DNA of 64,000 bases from Gnetum montanum (Eukaryota > Plantae > Gnetophyta). Made by a program: the position numbers and the translations under genes. Every line of letters starts with the position of its first letter. The stretch's first letter is position 1. Below, piece by piece: positions 37,370 to 52,200 of this stretch. The DNA is taken from assembly GCA_015680685.1 (NCBI GenBank), contig MNCI01002312.1, positions 102,655 through 166,654 of the forward strand, read 5' to 3'. The notes under the pieces were generated by a model. It saw only the letters and a program-made list of their open reading frames with translations. It did no database searches and was not told the DNA's origin.

Positions 37370-40300
37370 CTATGCCCAAGATGTTGCTTCAAAGTTTGAG
37401 GAAGTTAGGCATATTAGATCTTCAAGAAGAATACGTTGTAAATGGTTATGAGACTTAGGACTACCATCCCATTGACATACAATGCAAGCAAGATTGACAT
37501 TAGGAGAGGCATCATGAGGATGCTAAGGGGAAACAGTTCACAAATATCTTATTCCTACTAAATCAAGATGACAATGAGGATACTCCCTCTAAAGGCTCTT
37601 AGCATGAAGACTATCTATCCTTTGTTACTAATGATAAGGCTGTGACCTTGAATCTATAGTCTACAATCCACAATTTACGTTTAAAGAAAGATGGCAATCA
37701 ATGTAAGGGATTGAATAAGCATCAAGATTATACAGAAAATAGTGAATGTGGCTATGATACCCAAGGGGAAGTTGGTAGATTTCATGCTAGAGGTAGTCCT
37801 CCTTGCTCTTCTTCCCTTTTATCTACATCCACCTCTTCTTCCTCTTCTAATTATGAAAGACATTGTAGAAGGAACAACTCTAATGGAGGTGAGCATTGAG
37901 GCAATAATCCTAGTCGCCATGCCCATAATAATCAAAGAGATAGTAGAGGACATCATCAATGACAATGAAATCATGATGTTGATGAGCCTTTGTTGATGAC
38001 TTAAAGCATGCTTAACATTGTAGAGGTAGTTAAGATTCCAACTAGGTATGTGAAATACAATTGGATGAAGCACTTAAACATGAACAATATCCCAAGATTT
38101 AAGGGGGGATACAATTCTGATCTACAAACACATCTACAACCTTTCCATGATGCCTATGTCTTACAGAACATTGAAAATGATTAGCAAAAACTCAAGCTCT
38201 TCCTTAGGATACTCATCAAAGAAGAAAAAAGCTAGTACTGATCTTTAGAGCTAGAATCTATCCATCGATGGAGTATAATGCTTGAGCTATTCAATGACAA
38301 ATACTAGATGTACTCCATAGTGTCCAATTTGAGAAGAAAAATATATGGCTTGAAACATGCAACACATGAATCCTTGGATGCTACCATGGGCCAATATTAC
38401 CCTCTCTTACATTGATTCCCTAACCATGGTTACTCTCAAAGGAAACAACTCCATCACATCTTAGATGGGCTTTGAGAAGAAACTAGAAGAACTCTTAGAG
38501 TTTATGCCCAAGGGATATTGTCTAAATTAAGAGCTCATCAAATCCAAAGGATGATAAAGAAAGTAGCAAAAGAAGAAGGTGAGTTACAAAAAAAAAGAAA
38601 AAGTGTGAAAGAATATAATAGGAATCCCTCCCTCAAAAAATGGGAGGTCTAATTTTGTGATGAGGAGGAGTCATCACTTGTTAAAGTAGTGAATAGGAAA
38701 ATCTTATCGATTTAAAAATCTATTTCTAATATTTTGGCTAAGGTTGATAAATTATGGAACTCTTTGAATGAAAAGTTCCAAACTACTATGAAGTTAATGG
38801 AAGAATCCAAACAAAAGAATAATGATTATGAATGTAGGAGATAAAAAGAAGCTAAACATGCTTACTAGAGAGGTAAGGGCAAAGCTGATGTAGTATAAGA
38901 AGTTATGAAAACTAACTTTGATGATGATACTAGTTGTAACATTTGTCAATATGAACATCCAAAGGGATGCTATCCTATGGTGTCACAATCATAAGAGTTT
39001 GGGGTGTACGCATTGAATACTTGACTAGCACATAGGCAAGCACCTAGATGATTGCTTTATCCTCAAGGCAATCCAAGATTGTTCCACCAAAAACAACAAG
39101 CTTATTACTCAAGCGAATCACCACCACAACCATATGAGAAATACCAATAATGGCATCAACCACAATCATGGGGAATGCCACCACCAAGATAGCATTACCC
39201 TTATAAATAATTAGATCCATATGGGTACTATGTTCAACAACCTATTTCTCCACAAAGCTCTGCAAGCCATGCATGATTCTAGCATCACTATTATCCTCTA
39301 GAGTATCATCAAACTCATTCACCATCTACTCAAGGAAAGTACCCATATTCATACCATCTTTCACATGTATCTGCACACATCCCTTCACCCTCTACCTAGT
39401 TACCTCTTACTCTATCCATGCAAGGTGAAATGCCCCCACAGTGGTAGCATGCTATGAGGGCTTTGAATTTACAGTTGGTTTTCTAGCTAATGGTTTAGAC
39501 AATTGATCCAGGAAATGATCATTTTTTTGATCCAATAGTCCTCACAAGCCCTCACAACCTAATATGGCTACTTGCTTTGCATCTCCAACATCCTCATTCT
39601 CTACATCAAATATATTTGAGTGTCCTTCAAACCAAACGCTATCTTAGATCAACACTATGATGTTAAGTCATGTTGTTTATAATTGGATCAAGGCTAGCAA
39701 CCTTCCCACAAAAATATTTGACCCAGAAAGTCCTCTTATTTACTTACAAATCATTGGACATGGGCCATGCAAGGGTCTACTTGATTCTAGTTTTAGTGTT
39801 AATCTCATCTTCCATAATATGTACAAGGCTTGGAACCTACCACCTCTCAAGAAAAGTAACATCCATTTAAAATTGGTAGACCAGTCAAGCACTATCCCTT
39901 TGGGGTTAGTGAAGGACATTGTTACCATAGTTAATGGGTGCTCCTATCCTACCAATTTTCTGGTGATCAAGGTTGAGAACTACAAAGGTGACTTCCCCAT
40001 CATTATGGAAAGGGCATGTTTAAGAAAAATTGATGTGAAAATGGGTCTAAGGGGCCTATCTATAAAAATATCCAAGGAAAATGAATTTGAAAGGTTAAAG
40101 AAGAAGCATATTTCATGCATTGCATACAGTGATAATGGGTGCAACTACATGCAAAAAATCTAGTCCATAAAAAGTACATACATTAAAGCATGTAATTAAT
40201 GTGCACAAGACATAAATATCTAAAAGTACCTATACATAGTAGCCATAAAATAGGAGGATACCCAATGGATGATAGCTAAATCTAATAGTAGTACAGTATG

Positions 40301-42470
40301 CATGGAACCAACTAAGAGCCTAACATGTGCTTATGTCGAAGGCATAGATGAACTTAAGTAAGTTCATCACCAACTCTCTAATAATGAAGATGATGATACG
40401 TATTGGAGAGAGTTGGAAATTCCTAATAATTTCAAATAGAAGCCCCTAGAGTTAAAAATTCTACCAACTGACATGGAATATGCATTTTTAAACAATGGCA
40501 AGTTGGTCATAATCAATGTCAAACTTGCTTCTAAACAAAAAGAAAAGCTGTTAAAGGTTGTTAACAAATGGCCAATAGCCTTTTCTTGGTTGTATCCTAA
40601 GTTGACTAGAATTAATCCAAGGATATACTAGCATTTCATCTACACTGACCTAGCCATGAAGCTAAGAAGGTAGCCACAAAGACGGCTAAATCCCAAGTTG
40701 AAGTAGATCATCAAGGAGGAAATAGAACAACTTCTTAAGGTGGGGTTCATCTATCCATTGCGGATAGTAAGTGGATTAGCTCACTCGTAATTGTTCCAAA
40801 GAAAGGTGGTAGGTGGTAGGTTTGCATCAATTTTAGGTTGTTGAACATGGCAACATTTAAAGATCATTTTCCATTGTCATTTGTGAACCAAGTGTTGGAC
40901 AGTATATCAAAGCATTACTATTATAGCTTCTTGGATGGTTATAATGGCTATAACCAAATCCAAATTGCACTAGAAGATTAGGCCAATACTACATTCACAA
41001 GTCCTTGGGGGACTTTTACATATTATAATATGCCATTTGGTCTATGCAATGCCCGTCCAACATTTCAACACCTAGTCCTTAGTATTTTTCAATAGCAAAT
41101 TAGTAGCAAGGTAGAAGTATTCATGGATGATTTTTCTACCTATGGGGCTACATTTGAGTAAGATTTGGACTGCCTTGAGTAAGTAATAAAGAGATGTGTT
41201 GAAAAAAATCTTAGGCTTAATTGACAAAAGAACCATTTAATGATCCATGAAGGCATAGTATTGGAGCATAGAATTACTCAAGCAAGGATTGAAGTAGACC
41301 TAGGAAAAATAAGGCTCATTTAAGGAATTACACATAAAAGGACCTAATGTTCCTAATGTAGATCAACTATGAATTCTCCAGGATGCTCACAAAGGACCTT
41401 GTAGAGGCCACTATGTAGGGAGGTGCAAAACCATAAAAATCCTGATGGAAAGATAATATTCACCCACAATATTTAGGAATGTTCACTAGTTTGTTTGATC
41501 TTATGAATGTTGTCAAAGAGATGGTGGGATGACCAAACAAATGGAGGGTTCTTAATAGTGGATTCAACCAGAGGAGCCCTTTGACATATGGGGCGTATAC
41601 TTCATGGGTTCCATCACACCCATGTCCAATGTAAAGGCATATATTATCATAGCAGTCAACTACTACACCAAATGAGTAGAAGCAACAACCATCACCAATT
41701 GTACATCATCCATTGCTACTTGATTTATATAAAAAAATGTTATAAATAGGTTTGGGATACCATGTGCACTAATTTCTAATAATGGAACTCACATCATAGA
41801 TGCCACTTTTAGAAGGTTAATGCAATGCTTAGGGGATGAACATAAATTAACAACACCTTATCACCCCCAAGCCAATGGTCAAGTAGAGGTAACCAATAGG
41901 GAGATTACAAAGATCTTAACAAGGACCATAAGAAAATATAGGAGTGATTAGAGCATAAAATTCAATGATGCCCTATGGGTCTACTATTTAACATGGAAAC
42001 TTCCTATTGACGACTCTCCCTACAAGTTAGTGTATAGAAAAATTTCAATGCTCCCAATCCAACCTGAGCTCCATACACTCTCAATAGCCTATGAACTAGA
42101 TCTTGACCTAAATCTAGCACAAAAAGAAAGATTGATCAACCTCAATATGCTACATGAGAACTAGTTAGTGGCCTTATCTTTGAATGAAGTGCACAAAGCA
42201 TTCAAAAAGCAATGACATGACCTAAGAATATAAAAAGTAAAATTCCAACCTGGAGATAAGGTTCTCTAGTGGAACCCAACACATGTACCACAAAAACCAA
42301 AGTTTTAAACATTGTAGGAGGGGCCTTACATAATTACTAAAACCTTTCCTTTTTGGATCATGAGCATCTACAAACTTGATGGCCCAAATAAAAGGCAGTT
42401 GATCAACATCCAACAAATAAAGCATTTTCATGAGCCCAAGCAATACAGTACAATAAATACCTCTAAGGAT
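37370..42470 (+). pseudogene. gag-pol pseudogene of copy C, with the RT end and RNase H deleted
   Basis: PR GLLDSSFSVNLI (~39780); RT FLDGYNGYNQI and VFMDDF (~40930-41135). At ~41340 the sequence jumps from the copy-B position ~9440 to ~10280. INT YHPQANGQVEVTNREI. Confidence 0.9.
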
Positions 42471-43950
42471 GAACAACCACATTCAATTTTTTGAATCACC
42501 TCCTTCCAAATCAGTCATGGGGGAGATGGACATCCATGCTAATCATCCATATGGCTTATTTTTTCTATTTTTTGCCTTTATACTTGTTTTTTAACAACTT
42601 TTTAATTTTAAATATTTTTTCTATTTTACACCATCTTTGTTTTACACCATCGTTAGTACATTTAAATATTTCTTGAATATTTTACAATTTCTTATATATT
42701 TTACTTTGTTTAAGTGTGATTTTCAAATTTTTGCTAATAAACATGCTTTGTGCGAGTAGGACACAGTGGTCCTGTGGTTGCTACTAATGGTGGTTTGTGC
42801 TTTCTGTTTGGTTTGCTAATGTCTAGTTCTCATTTTTAAATTTTTGTAATGATGACTTAGGCATGGTTTATTTTTCATGGAACAAGCAATGAGTCCGCGA
42901 CATCCACCCATTTACAAACTCTATGGCTTTCCTTATTTTGGAAGTTTGAGGTCCCTTTCATTAAATAAACTTTTAATCAATTGGTAACCTTGGTAGTTTC
43001 TATAATTGGAAAGGATTCAAAGATTTGTACAAGGTGTGACTTTAAGGGGTCTCAATACTCTTTGTACTTTTCTACTTGGATGCTTGAGTGTTTTCATCAA
43101 CTTCTTACTATTCCATGTTCCAATAATAGGAAGTTCAATAAGGTCTTTGCATGGTGTGGTTTCCATACAAAAAAGAAAAACAAACAAAAAAATAAAATGA
43201 ATAAAAGAATAAAAAAATAGGATGGAAATTCAAATCACATCCCTTAGATGAATAAATAGGCTATAAGCACTAGTTATGGGACTAGAAAGACATGTTACCC
43301 ATGCTTGAACATCCCCTATAACTAAGGCCCTATCTCACTTCCTACTTCTCTCTTCTTCTCTTTATGAAATGGTGGTTGTTTTATAGGAACACTCTTGTAT
43401 CTTGAGGGACTGGACCAGTCTTAGAGTGGTGATGTGAGGTCACTGAAAGAGGTTGGTTTTGGTCTAGAATAAGGATGGATCTTCTTAGGTCATTTTAAAA
43501 ATAAACTCCACAAGGGACCTCTTATGACTTTCATTTGGAATTCTATTCCACCTTTGATATCATCCATCTATTCTGATCATAATTCATCTTGCTACTAGTG
43601 TCCATGTTCTTGATTCCATGTCTTGGCCTAACATGTTTAAATACTTAGGTAGAATCTTTTGAGTTCTATTCCTTAACTTCCATTGACCATTAATCACCTA
43701 TGGGGCTCATGGATGCCTTAGGTTGAGGTTATGTAAGGGCAAACAAGGCATGTGCCTACTATGGAAAGGATCCATTTGCATTTCTTTTGGTCAGTTTCAT
43801 TATGCACCTTATCCTTAGGCATTATTTCATAAATCCATCTTCTCCATAGTCCAACCATAGCCAAAGTGTAACTATCTAATGAAAGGAGGTATTCAAAAAT
43901 TTAAATTTACACATTATATCTACTAATCCATGAATGTGTTGTAGCCACAA

Positions 43951-46720
43951 ATTGCATCAAAAGGGAAGAATACACAGGAAGAGTGATCATCTCAACCATG
44001 GGAGAAATAGCCCAGAATGGGAAGAGGTCAAGAATAGCCCTAAGAAGAATGTGGAATCTATTAGATAGATTTTAGAACCAACAAAAAAAACAATAGAACT
44101 CTCCCATTGGGATGATGTGCCAACACAACCTGAAAATCTTGAGTTGACCTTAACAAAGGCTTACCTAAATCAAATTAAATTAAGGGAGGTAAAAAAGTTG
44201 ATGCTCCAGGAGTTAAATTTTGGTCCTTTCCAAGAGCATGAACCAAGAGAAGTACAAGACTAGCTAAAGACTTCTCCCATGTGGCCAATCATCACTTTCA
44301 TCGGTGAGTGGCACATGGGAGAAACATTCCTTTTCTGGAACAATAGGTGACCTAGATTAATAGTGAAAATCAAGGACATCTTAGTGTCATATTGCTACAA
44401 GCTATTGCTTTAATGCTTTGGTTTCTTGAAATAGGAGAAAATTTAACTAAAATTCCAATGTAGGTAGATCCAAGGATAAAGAAAGAATGGGTGCAATGGT
44501 GTCAACCGTAAGGAGTTTGGTGTGCTCACACTAGTAGAGAGAATCCATTATAAGATTACAACCTTTCTCTACTTGTAAATGCATTTCTCTAAGTGGGAGA
44601 TTTCTGGTCAACCTTTTGCAACTTATCTATCTAGAGATGAAGAAGTGTTTTAAAGAAAATGAATCTAGAAGGAAGGCACTCCCCTTCCCATGCCTCATCA
44701 AGAAACTTTGTCAAATAGGAGGAATAGCCTATTATACCAATGACACTATCAAGAATATTTTGGCCACCAATCGGACATAAATGATGAAGGATAATATGCC
44801 TACCAAAACTATTCAATAGGAGGAGTAGTGATCACCACCACCACCTTCCACTTAGACATAGTGTTAAACATTACTGCAACCACCCAATGGTTGTGAGAGA
44901 ATAGAGAATGGCTCTTGAGTGAACAAGAGCAACAAGAAAGCATGAGTGGCAAGGACCCATCCATATACAAATCAACCATGAGCCACCTTAATAAGATGTC
45001 CCAAATAATTATTTTGATAGGTGAGGGTGGATCCATTTTCTTAAACCAAAGAATGCAGCTACTTGCAAGGTTAAATTCGAGCACCAAAAGGGTCACAACA
45101 TCTCTCACACAACAACAAGTATTTCTAGAAACCTCTAGAACACTGTGACCTTCTTGGTGCACTTGGAGGAGACTGAAGAAGAAATTGTTTTTGTGATGTA
45201 GCACCAAGGGTAGGAAACAACAACAGAAGTGGTCGTTGAAAAGATTGCCAAAATGGTCAATTCACGTGCACCATCTACACTAAATGTCACTACACTTAAA
45301 TATGTGTTAACATTTTTAGGAATTACAAGTAGTAGAATAAGTGTAGCATAGCATGAGGAATTGCTGAACCAATTGGTGGAAACTAGGAAACTACTTCTAG
45401 ATGTATTTGACCTTCTAAACAACATCACTACAACCCAATCAGAGCTGTTGAAGGAAAGGGGAAAAAACATCACATTGGAGGGGTAACTTGAAATAGCCAA
45501 AGAGTGAAATGAATGCTTGTCTATGAATATTTCTGAATTACAAGCCTAGATTGCTAATCCTACATTTTTCAACCCAACACTAACAAGAGATGAAGCTATG
45601 CAACAAATTCACACCAAGCTCAAAGGGGCTAAGGGTGCAATGGAGATGGTGGTTTTCTATAGATCCTTAGTAGAGTCCACACAACACAAGGTTCAAAAGT
45701 CTAGGTTAGACCTACCAAGAGAATGTCTAGTTGACCACAGAAAATCATCACCTATGGAATGTTTATGTGCACAAGCAATATTTTAGAGATTTCATCCATC
45801 AACAACAAGAGCAATTGGATAGAGTAAACACTGAATTAAGGAGATTGGTAGCAAAAAATAGAAATCTCTTCATGGAGAAGATGTGTGCCCTTCACTAGAA
45901 AACTACAATTGAAGTAGCTACCTAGAAATTAGAGGCTCTCAAATTTGAGAGAGTCAAGAACCACTACAAAGAGTAGGTTGGTCTCAAAAAAGAAGTAAAC
46001 AAAAAACATATCCAATTGATGAAGGAAAAGGAAAAGGAAGCCCTTCAACAACTCCAGTAAGGTAGAGAAATTTGGAAACCCATCATTGATGGAATAGATG
46101 CCTACATCAAAGTGGAAATCTACAAAAATGAGTTGCAAATCAAGGAGATGATGAAGTACATCGAGCTTGCTTATATCTATTATGCAAATCTATCCATGTT
46201 GACTACTAAATGGCTATAGTCTAAATTAGAAAAGTGGGTGGCTAGATCATACTTGTTGTATGAGGTTGAGTTCAAGCACCACAAGGACACTAAGGAAAAG
46301 CTTATGGTGGCTAATCTTGAAGTCAAAGTCCTAAGGGCATGATTCACATATCAAAAATAAACTACTGAGAACCTAGGTAGGAGAATGACTAACTACCAAG
46401 AGCTACATAATGCAATTAGGGCATTTGACATCGAACATGAAAAATTCACTACCTAGTTTATCAATTTAAAGGAGATATTCCTATTCATGCCATGTCCATG
46501 GGATGTCCCCATTCTAGCCCACATTGGTTATGCCATGTGGACTTTGAATGATCCCTAAAGTAATGAGGAGAAGATGAAGGAATTACTAGATGCCTTTCAC
46601 CTTCCATTGGAGGTTGCAGCTGTAGTAGGATAGTCATAACTATCTCAGCCATTGCATGTACTTGAATCTAGCAAAGGTCCTTCAAAGCCTCAAGAGCCAC
46701 CACCACCTAGGACTATCTGA
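43951..46720 (+). pseudogene. Extra ORF (ORF2) of copy C, disrupted
   Basis: Collinear with 14341-17130 (QPWEK.PR, LEMKKCFKENE.RRKALP, C-terminal PPPP.TI*). Confidence 0.8.
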
Positions 46721-46959
46721 TCTTCACCACAGTCTTCATGCCATCAAAGGATGTGTTGTCCAAAATTTTTGTAGTCATGTCATGGTGTTCAATTTTGTGT
46801 CATGAACACCACAAATTTTGTAATTTTTTAATTCATGTACTCAAGCACTTAGTATTGTCAAGTTAGTTTGTTTTGTTTTGTAAGAGTCACTCAATAATCC
46901 ATATCTTCCCAATTTTGTAAAAGAAATGGAGGACAAGTTTTCATTTAGTCATGAGGGTA

Positions 46960-47890
46960 TGATGAGCATCAAAGTGTCACATCAATGGACCCCTATTGAT
47001 ATGGCCTTGTCGATGGGCCTCATTTACGTGGTGTTGCTCCCATCAACAAGGACACATTAACATAACATTTGCTACATTGACAGGGCTCCATCGATGTAAC
47101 CCTAAAGATACAACTATAAATATGAGATTTGTAGCCATGTTTATGCATTAGAATTCATAATAGTAGCAAATCTCTTACATTTTTTACATTTGAAAGTTAG
47201 AATATTTTTCTGAGTGTCCACAGTAGGAGTCATTAAGTATACAGATCTTTATTTGAGCATTGTTGTACGTGAGCACGATAGTGTATATAGTAATAAAGAA
47301 AAGCTTCTTGATAAACTTTGTAGCATTCTAGATAGTTTAGATTTTTATTCATGCATTTAATTCTTTTAGTTGCTTATTTAATGTTTTACAATAATTAAGT
47401 AATTAATCGATATAAGCTAGATAGATTAAATACATAAGTACTATCACTTCAAGCATAACACGTATTTTCTTGGTAATCCCAGAAGTGTTATTGCTTGATG
47501 CACCTAGTAGCATAGCACTTGGTAACCTAGTAGTGAATACATGGGTTTAGGATGTGTATAGAAAGTGGAACTAGATGCTTGTGTTAGGACTATTTAGACA
47601 TCAATTAGTTAGTTAAATCAAATTAGTTATTAAGTCACTCTATCTCTCTAATTAAGCACCAAAGAACATAAAACATAAAATGATAAAAATCATATACCTC
47701 GATTACACTTAACCATACCATGTGTATCAAAAGTGTAATTGGGAAGACAATGAATGACCTTTGGGAAAGATTCACTTCCTAAAAGAATAATGCATTGGAA
47801 ATTAGAAAGTCCATGGAATTCAACTAGATCATGCGTGAATGCTTTATGATTCATATGGTTAAGTGTAGGGGTACCTTCAACTACTCATCA
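46960..47890 (+). repeat. 3' LTR of copy C
   Basis: PPT catgagggta, then TGATGA...CTCATCA. Confidence 0.92.
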
Positions 47891-48974
47891 CTTACTAAGT
47901 GTAACATCAATTCAGCTACTTTGTTTAAATCCTAAGTTTTTTCTCATCTCATTTTGTCTTAGTTACTTATGTAATAGTTTACAAAGTACTATTCTTGGCA
48001 TTTAATTTTGCAATTTTCTAATTGCTCTTATAGCTTAAATTTCTTGCACTTTGAGACCACTATTGCTTAGCCATGTAAGAGCTAGTATTTTTCTCTTGAA
48101 AAGCATCTTGAGAAATTTAATAGTAATGTATTTATGAAATTGCATATTCAAGTCTAAAGGATCTAGAAAATATTTGATATTTTGAGCTGACTTAAAATAA
48201 CTTTCATTTTAAAGTTTTTCCTCATGTTCAATCTTGAAATTGTTATAACCTTTTTGATAGCTCTATTTTATGCAATTCTTAACATCTCTTAACTAGCTGC
48301 ATAACAACTTGTATTTTCCTTTTACAAAGCTTTTTGGGAAATTTAATAGGAGTTTCTTTTATGAAATTTCTTATTGAGCTTGAAAGGTTTGGATAATTTC
48401 TAACACATTGGGTTGAATTGGAACAACATTATTTTGAAGTGTTTCCTCATGTTCATTTTATCTCGCTTAAATGTTTGAGATTCCACAAAAATATGCCTTT
48501 TCTTTTCTTTTCATTCTAAAAAATTGAATCTTACTAAATTTCTATTTTTCTTGTGGACTTTTGTCTCTAGAAAAATGTAGGAGTAAATTTCTATAGAATT
48601 ATGCTTAAGCATTTTGGTGAAATTCTTGTTTCAAGCAATGTACCATTGAAACTATATAGAATAAGTGATTTAACAAAATAGAAGCCTGTAATGACTCATA
48701 GTATTTAACAAAGTTATCTATATTTATGTTATAATAGCTAGTTACTATTTAATATACAAACCCAACCATTTTAACAATCATAACAAAAAATACACATTCA
48801 TGCTTAGTTTGCTCCATTACCATTGAGTTTATTTAGAGGTATCTAGGCCTTGGTGTTTCTAGAGACTAGTAAACACCTAAACTTAGGTTTGAAAAAATTT
48901 CTTCATTTCCTATGATCCCGGTCACAAGACTGAAGGAAACATTGGTGGTTCCAAATGGTCGTCAATAGTTCTTT

Positions 48975-48991
48975 TTGCACTAGAAGGAGGG
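48975..48991 (+). promoter_or_regulatory. Tat-type primer-binding site
   Basis: ttgcactagaaggaggg, matching the recalled Tat/Retand PBS TGGCGCTAGAAGGAGGG, just downstream of the LTR end. Confidence 0.7.
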
Positions 48992-49229
48992 TAAGAACAT
49001 TAGCTATTATTTTGAGTTAATGACTGAATAAATTGATAACTCTAAATATTTTGAAAGTCTTAAAAATTTCTCTAATTATAAGACCAATTATTCATTAAAG
49101 GATAAACAAGAAAAATTTTTTGAGTTTGGGATAAGTAGTGGAGTAAAAACTAGAAGGACAAGAAGTTCACCTCTTCTATTTGGTTTATTAGTCTTTAGGG
49201 AAAAGCCAAAGAAATATAAGAGTTCAGCC

Positions 49230-52200
49230 ACTAAAAAGAATCCTAATGGGATGATGAATCTACAACTAGTGCATCCTTAGCAAGGAGTTACACCTTTAAG
49301 GTTCCAAAATTACAATGATACTCCTAAGGTAGCTTGCAAATATTTGCTTGAGCCTTTGATTCCTAGAAAAGCTTACTTGGCTGAAGTATACCTTCACTTG
49401 TTTCAGTTAGCCTTAGCTCATGAAAATATTTAATACTAAGAGCAAGCTTATAGGTTGTTTATACCAAATTTGAAGGATATAGCTCAAATTTGATATTCAA
49501 ACTTGCTAAGAAATAGTATTACAAGTTGGGATGATATGAAAAGCCTTGTATTGGATTAGTTTGACAATCAATTAGATAAACAACTATAATATAAGTAGTA
49601 CAAGCTAAGCAATGAGTTGAAGAGTCAATTAGGGATTTCAACATTAAATTTCAACAAATTTGTGGGCTCTTTCAAAGATAGTATAGACCATTAGATTAAA
49701 TGCTTAGAGACACTTATCTTAAGGTTGTGAATCCTAATATTTCAATCTAGTTAAGGGGAACTCAAAACTTTCTAACATTGAATGATTACTTTGGTGAAGC
49801 TATATAGTTAGAAAAATAACTAAACCTAAATAATGAAGCTCAAAAAGAAGAAGAGATAATTATGATCCTTGTGAAAATTTTTCCCAACTTAAAGCACTAC
49901 CAAAGCCTTCTCATATTAAAATAGATCAAGAGTTAGAAAGTAGAGAATATGAAAAAGAAAAAATGAATGAAAGACTTATCGAACAAAGTAGTGAAACTAG
50001 AAAAAGTTTTGGTAAAAGTTAAAATAAAGAACAAAAAGAAAAACAAAAAACAAGAACATCAAGACATTAAGTTAGTAGATGATGAGGATGAGAGTGATGT
50101 TACTATGTCCACCTTCGTCCATATTGAATTTGATAATGAGCTATCTAGTATTCACTACATAAGCAAATCTTCTAAGAATGAATCTAGTGATACCTCTTTT
50201 CAGTCAAGTTTTAAAGAGGATATATCGTTAGATAAAGAGTGTAATAACAATGAAGAAAATAGCTATAATATGTGATCAAAAGAAAAATTAACCACTTCCA
50301 AGCCTCAAAATATTATTTCTAACCCATCTACTATGAGGAATATTTTTTAACCAAGTGGAAGAGGAAAAATAAAAATAAACAAGATCGAATAGAGAAAAGT
50401 ACTCAAAATTAGACTTTTAATAAATGGGTGAAGAAATCATGCTTTTAAGGAGATGAAAAATATAATCTAATTGAGGATCTTAAGCATATCAAGGCTAACA
50501 TCAATATATATCAACTATTATAGATAGAAGATTAGCAAAAGAAAGCTTTAAATCTTATTAAAGCAAAAAAGGAAAATTGGAGAGTCAAAGTTAAGTTATG
50601 TGTCTAACATTGATAAGACAAAAAAAATAGCTATAATTGTACTCTTGATAAAGGAGCTCCTTCATTTCTTTTAACAATAAAGTTAAAAGATAAATGTTTG
50701 CATAATTGTTTGGTTGATTCTAGAACTAAATCTACTATTATGTCATTATCTATATGTAAAAAAATTAGTTTAACTCAGGAATAATTCAATAAAAAGATTA
50801 TTCAAGTGAACAAAAATAGAGTGAATATTATGGGTCAACTACCTAATGTTTTGTTAGAAATTCCTTCTAAATCTAGTATAAAAAGTAGAGTAACTATTCA
50901 AGTAGTAGATATCCCAAATTCATATAGCCTTTCGTTGAGTAGAAGTTGAAGTAAAAATTTGTCAAGATACTTATCAACAGATTATTCAAATATGTGGCTA
51001 CGTTGGAAAGAAATACCAAATCAAATATACATATATAGTGAACCTTTAATGAATGAAAACATTGCTTCAAATGGAAAAAACAAAGTTTCTGGAACAAGAG
51101 CTTTTGAATCCAAAATTTTCACACTTAAGAAGTTTATAACTTGTAAAAAGAGAAATTTCAAGATAAGAGAAAGTGGAAGTTATACTTTGATGGTTCTTGT
51201 AACTCCAAAGGTGTAGGAGCTAGAGTAGTTTTAGTAAAAGATGATTTCCCAAAAATTTTAAAGGTATTTCATCTATCTTTCCATTGCATTAACAACAAGA
51301 CTAAGTATGAAGCTTTGAGTATTGGAATTAAAACAACACTAGAAAGAGGAATCAAGGTGATCATGGTAAAAGAAGATTCAAGATTTGTTTGTGAACAAAT
51401 TAAAGGTAGTTGTATCATAAAAACCTCATTCTTGCTATCTTATAAACAACTTGTTTGTAAAATGTTAAACCAGTTTCATCATTATAAAATAGAACATATA
51501 TGTAAGGAAGATAACCACTTAGTAGATGATTTAGCAATGGCAGCTTTAACATTAGATTTAAAAATGATAGAAAATTATGAAGTGGTAGAAATTAAGAATG
51601 AACATCAACCCTCGATATTAGATAACATAAAACATTTATAGGTATTTGAAGATGATGATCAATTACTTAGGTTTCTCAAGAATAGGTAGGAATTCAAAAA
51701 TAAAATCATACCCAAAACAATGTTAAGGTTAAAGCCAAATTTCATTCTGAAAAAAGTAATTGATTATGAACAAGAGTTTAGCAAAATGTTTCTTATAGGA
51801 AAAGAAATACAAAATCTAGATGATTGAGCTTATGAAATAGTAAAACTTGAATTTACTAAGACACCAAAGATTCTAAACATTACAACGGGAAAGAATTTAG
51901 TTTTCAAGAAAAATTTATTATTGTTGTTGAAAAATAATTTACAAAATTTTTCTTGGTATTATGATGGCCTTAAGGTCTTTAGACTAGATGTGATGACACA
52001 TAAAATTCCTTTGGTAGATGGTTCTAAGATAGTTAAATAAAAGAAAAGAAAATTCAATCCATCATTTAAACTAACTATGGAAGCCAAGTTTAGGAAGTTA
52101 TTACAAAATCAAATCATATATTCAATCAAATATTCAAAATGACTTCTTAATCTTGTCCTAGTAAGGAAGAAGAACAATGATATCAGGGTTTTTTATGAAT

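Larger units (their letters stand above)
32823..47890 (+). mobile_element. Full-length degenerate Athila-type element (copy C) nested in the Tat 5' LTR
   Basis: LTRs 32823-33759 and 46960-47890; TSD cttat/cttac; collinear with copy B. Confidence 0.93.
30485..48967 (+). repeat. 5' LTR of Tat element (~3.4 kb net: 30485-32822 plus 47896-48967)
   Basis: Start matches 55553; TATA ctataaaagg at 32741; U5 block gagtttattt..aggtatct.ggccttggtgtt at ~48826 shared with the solo LTR at ~34070-34125 (minus strand). Confidence 0.8.
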
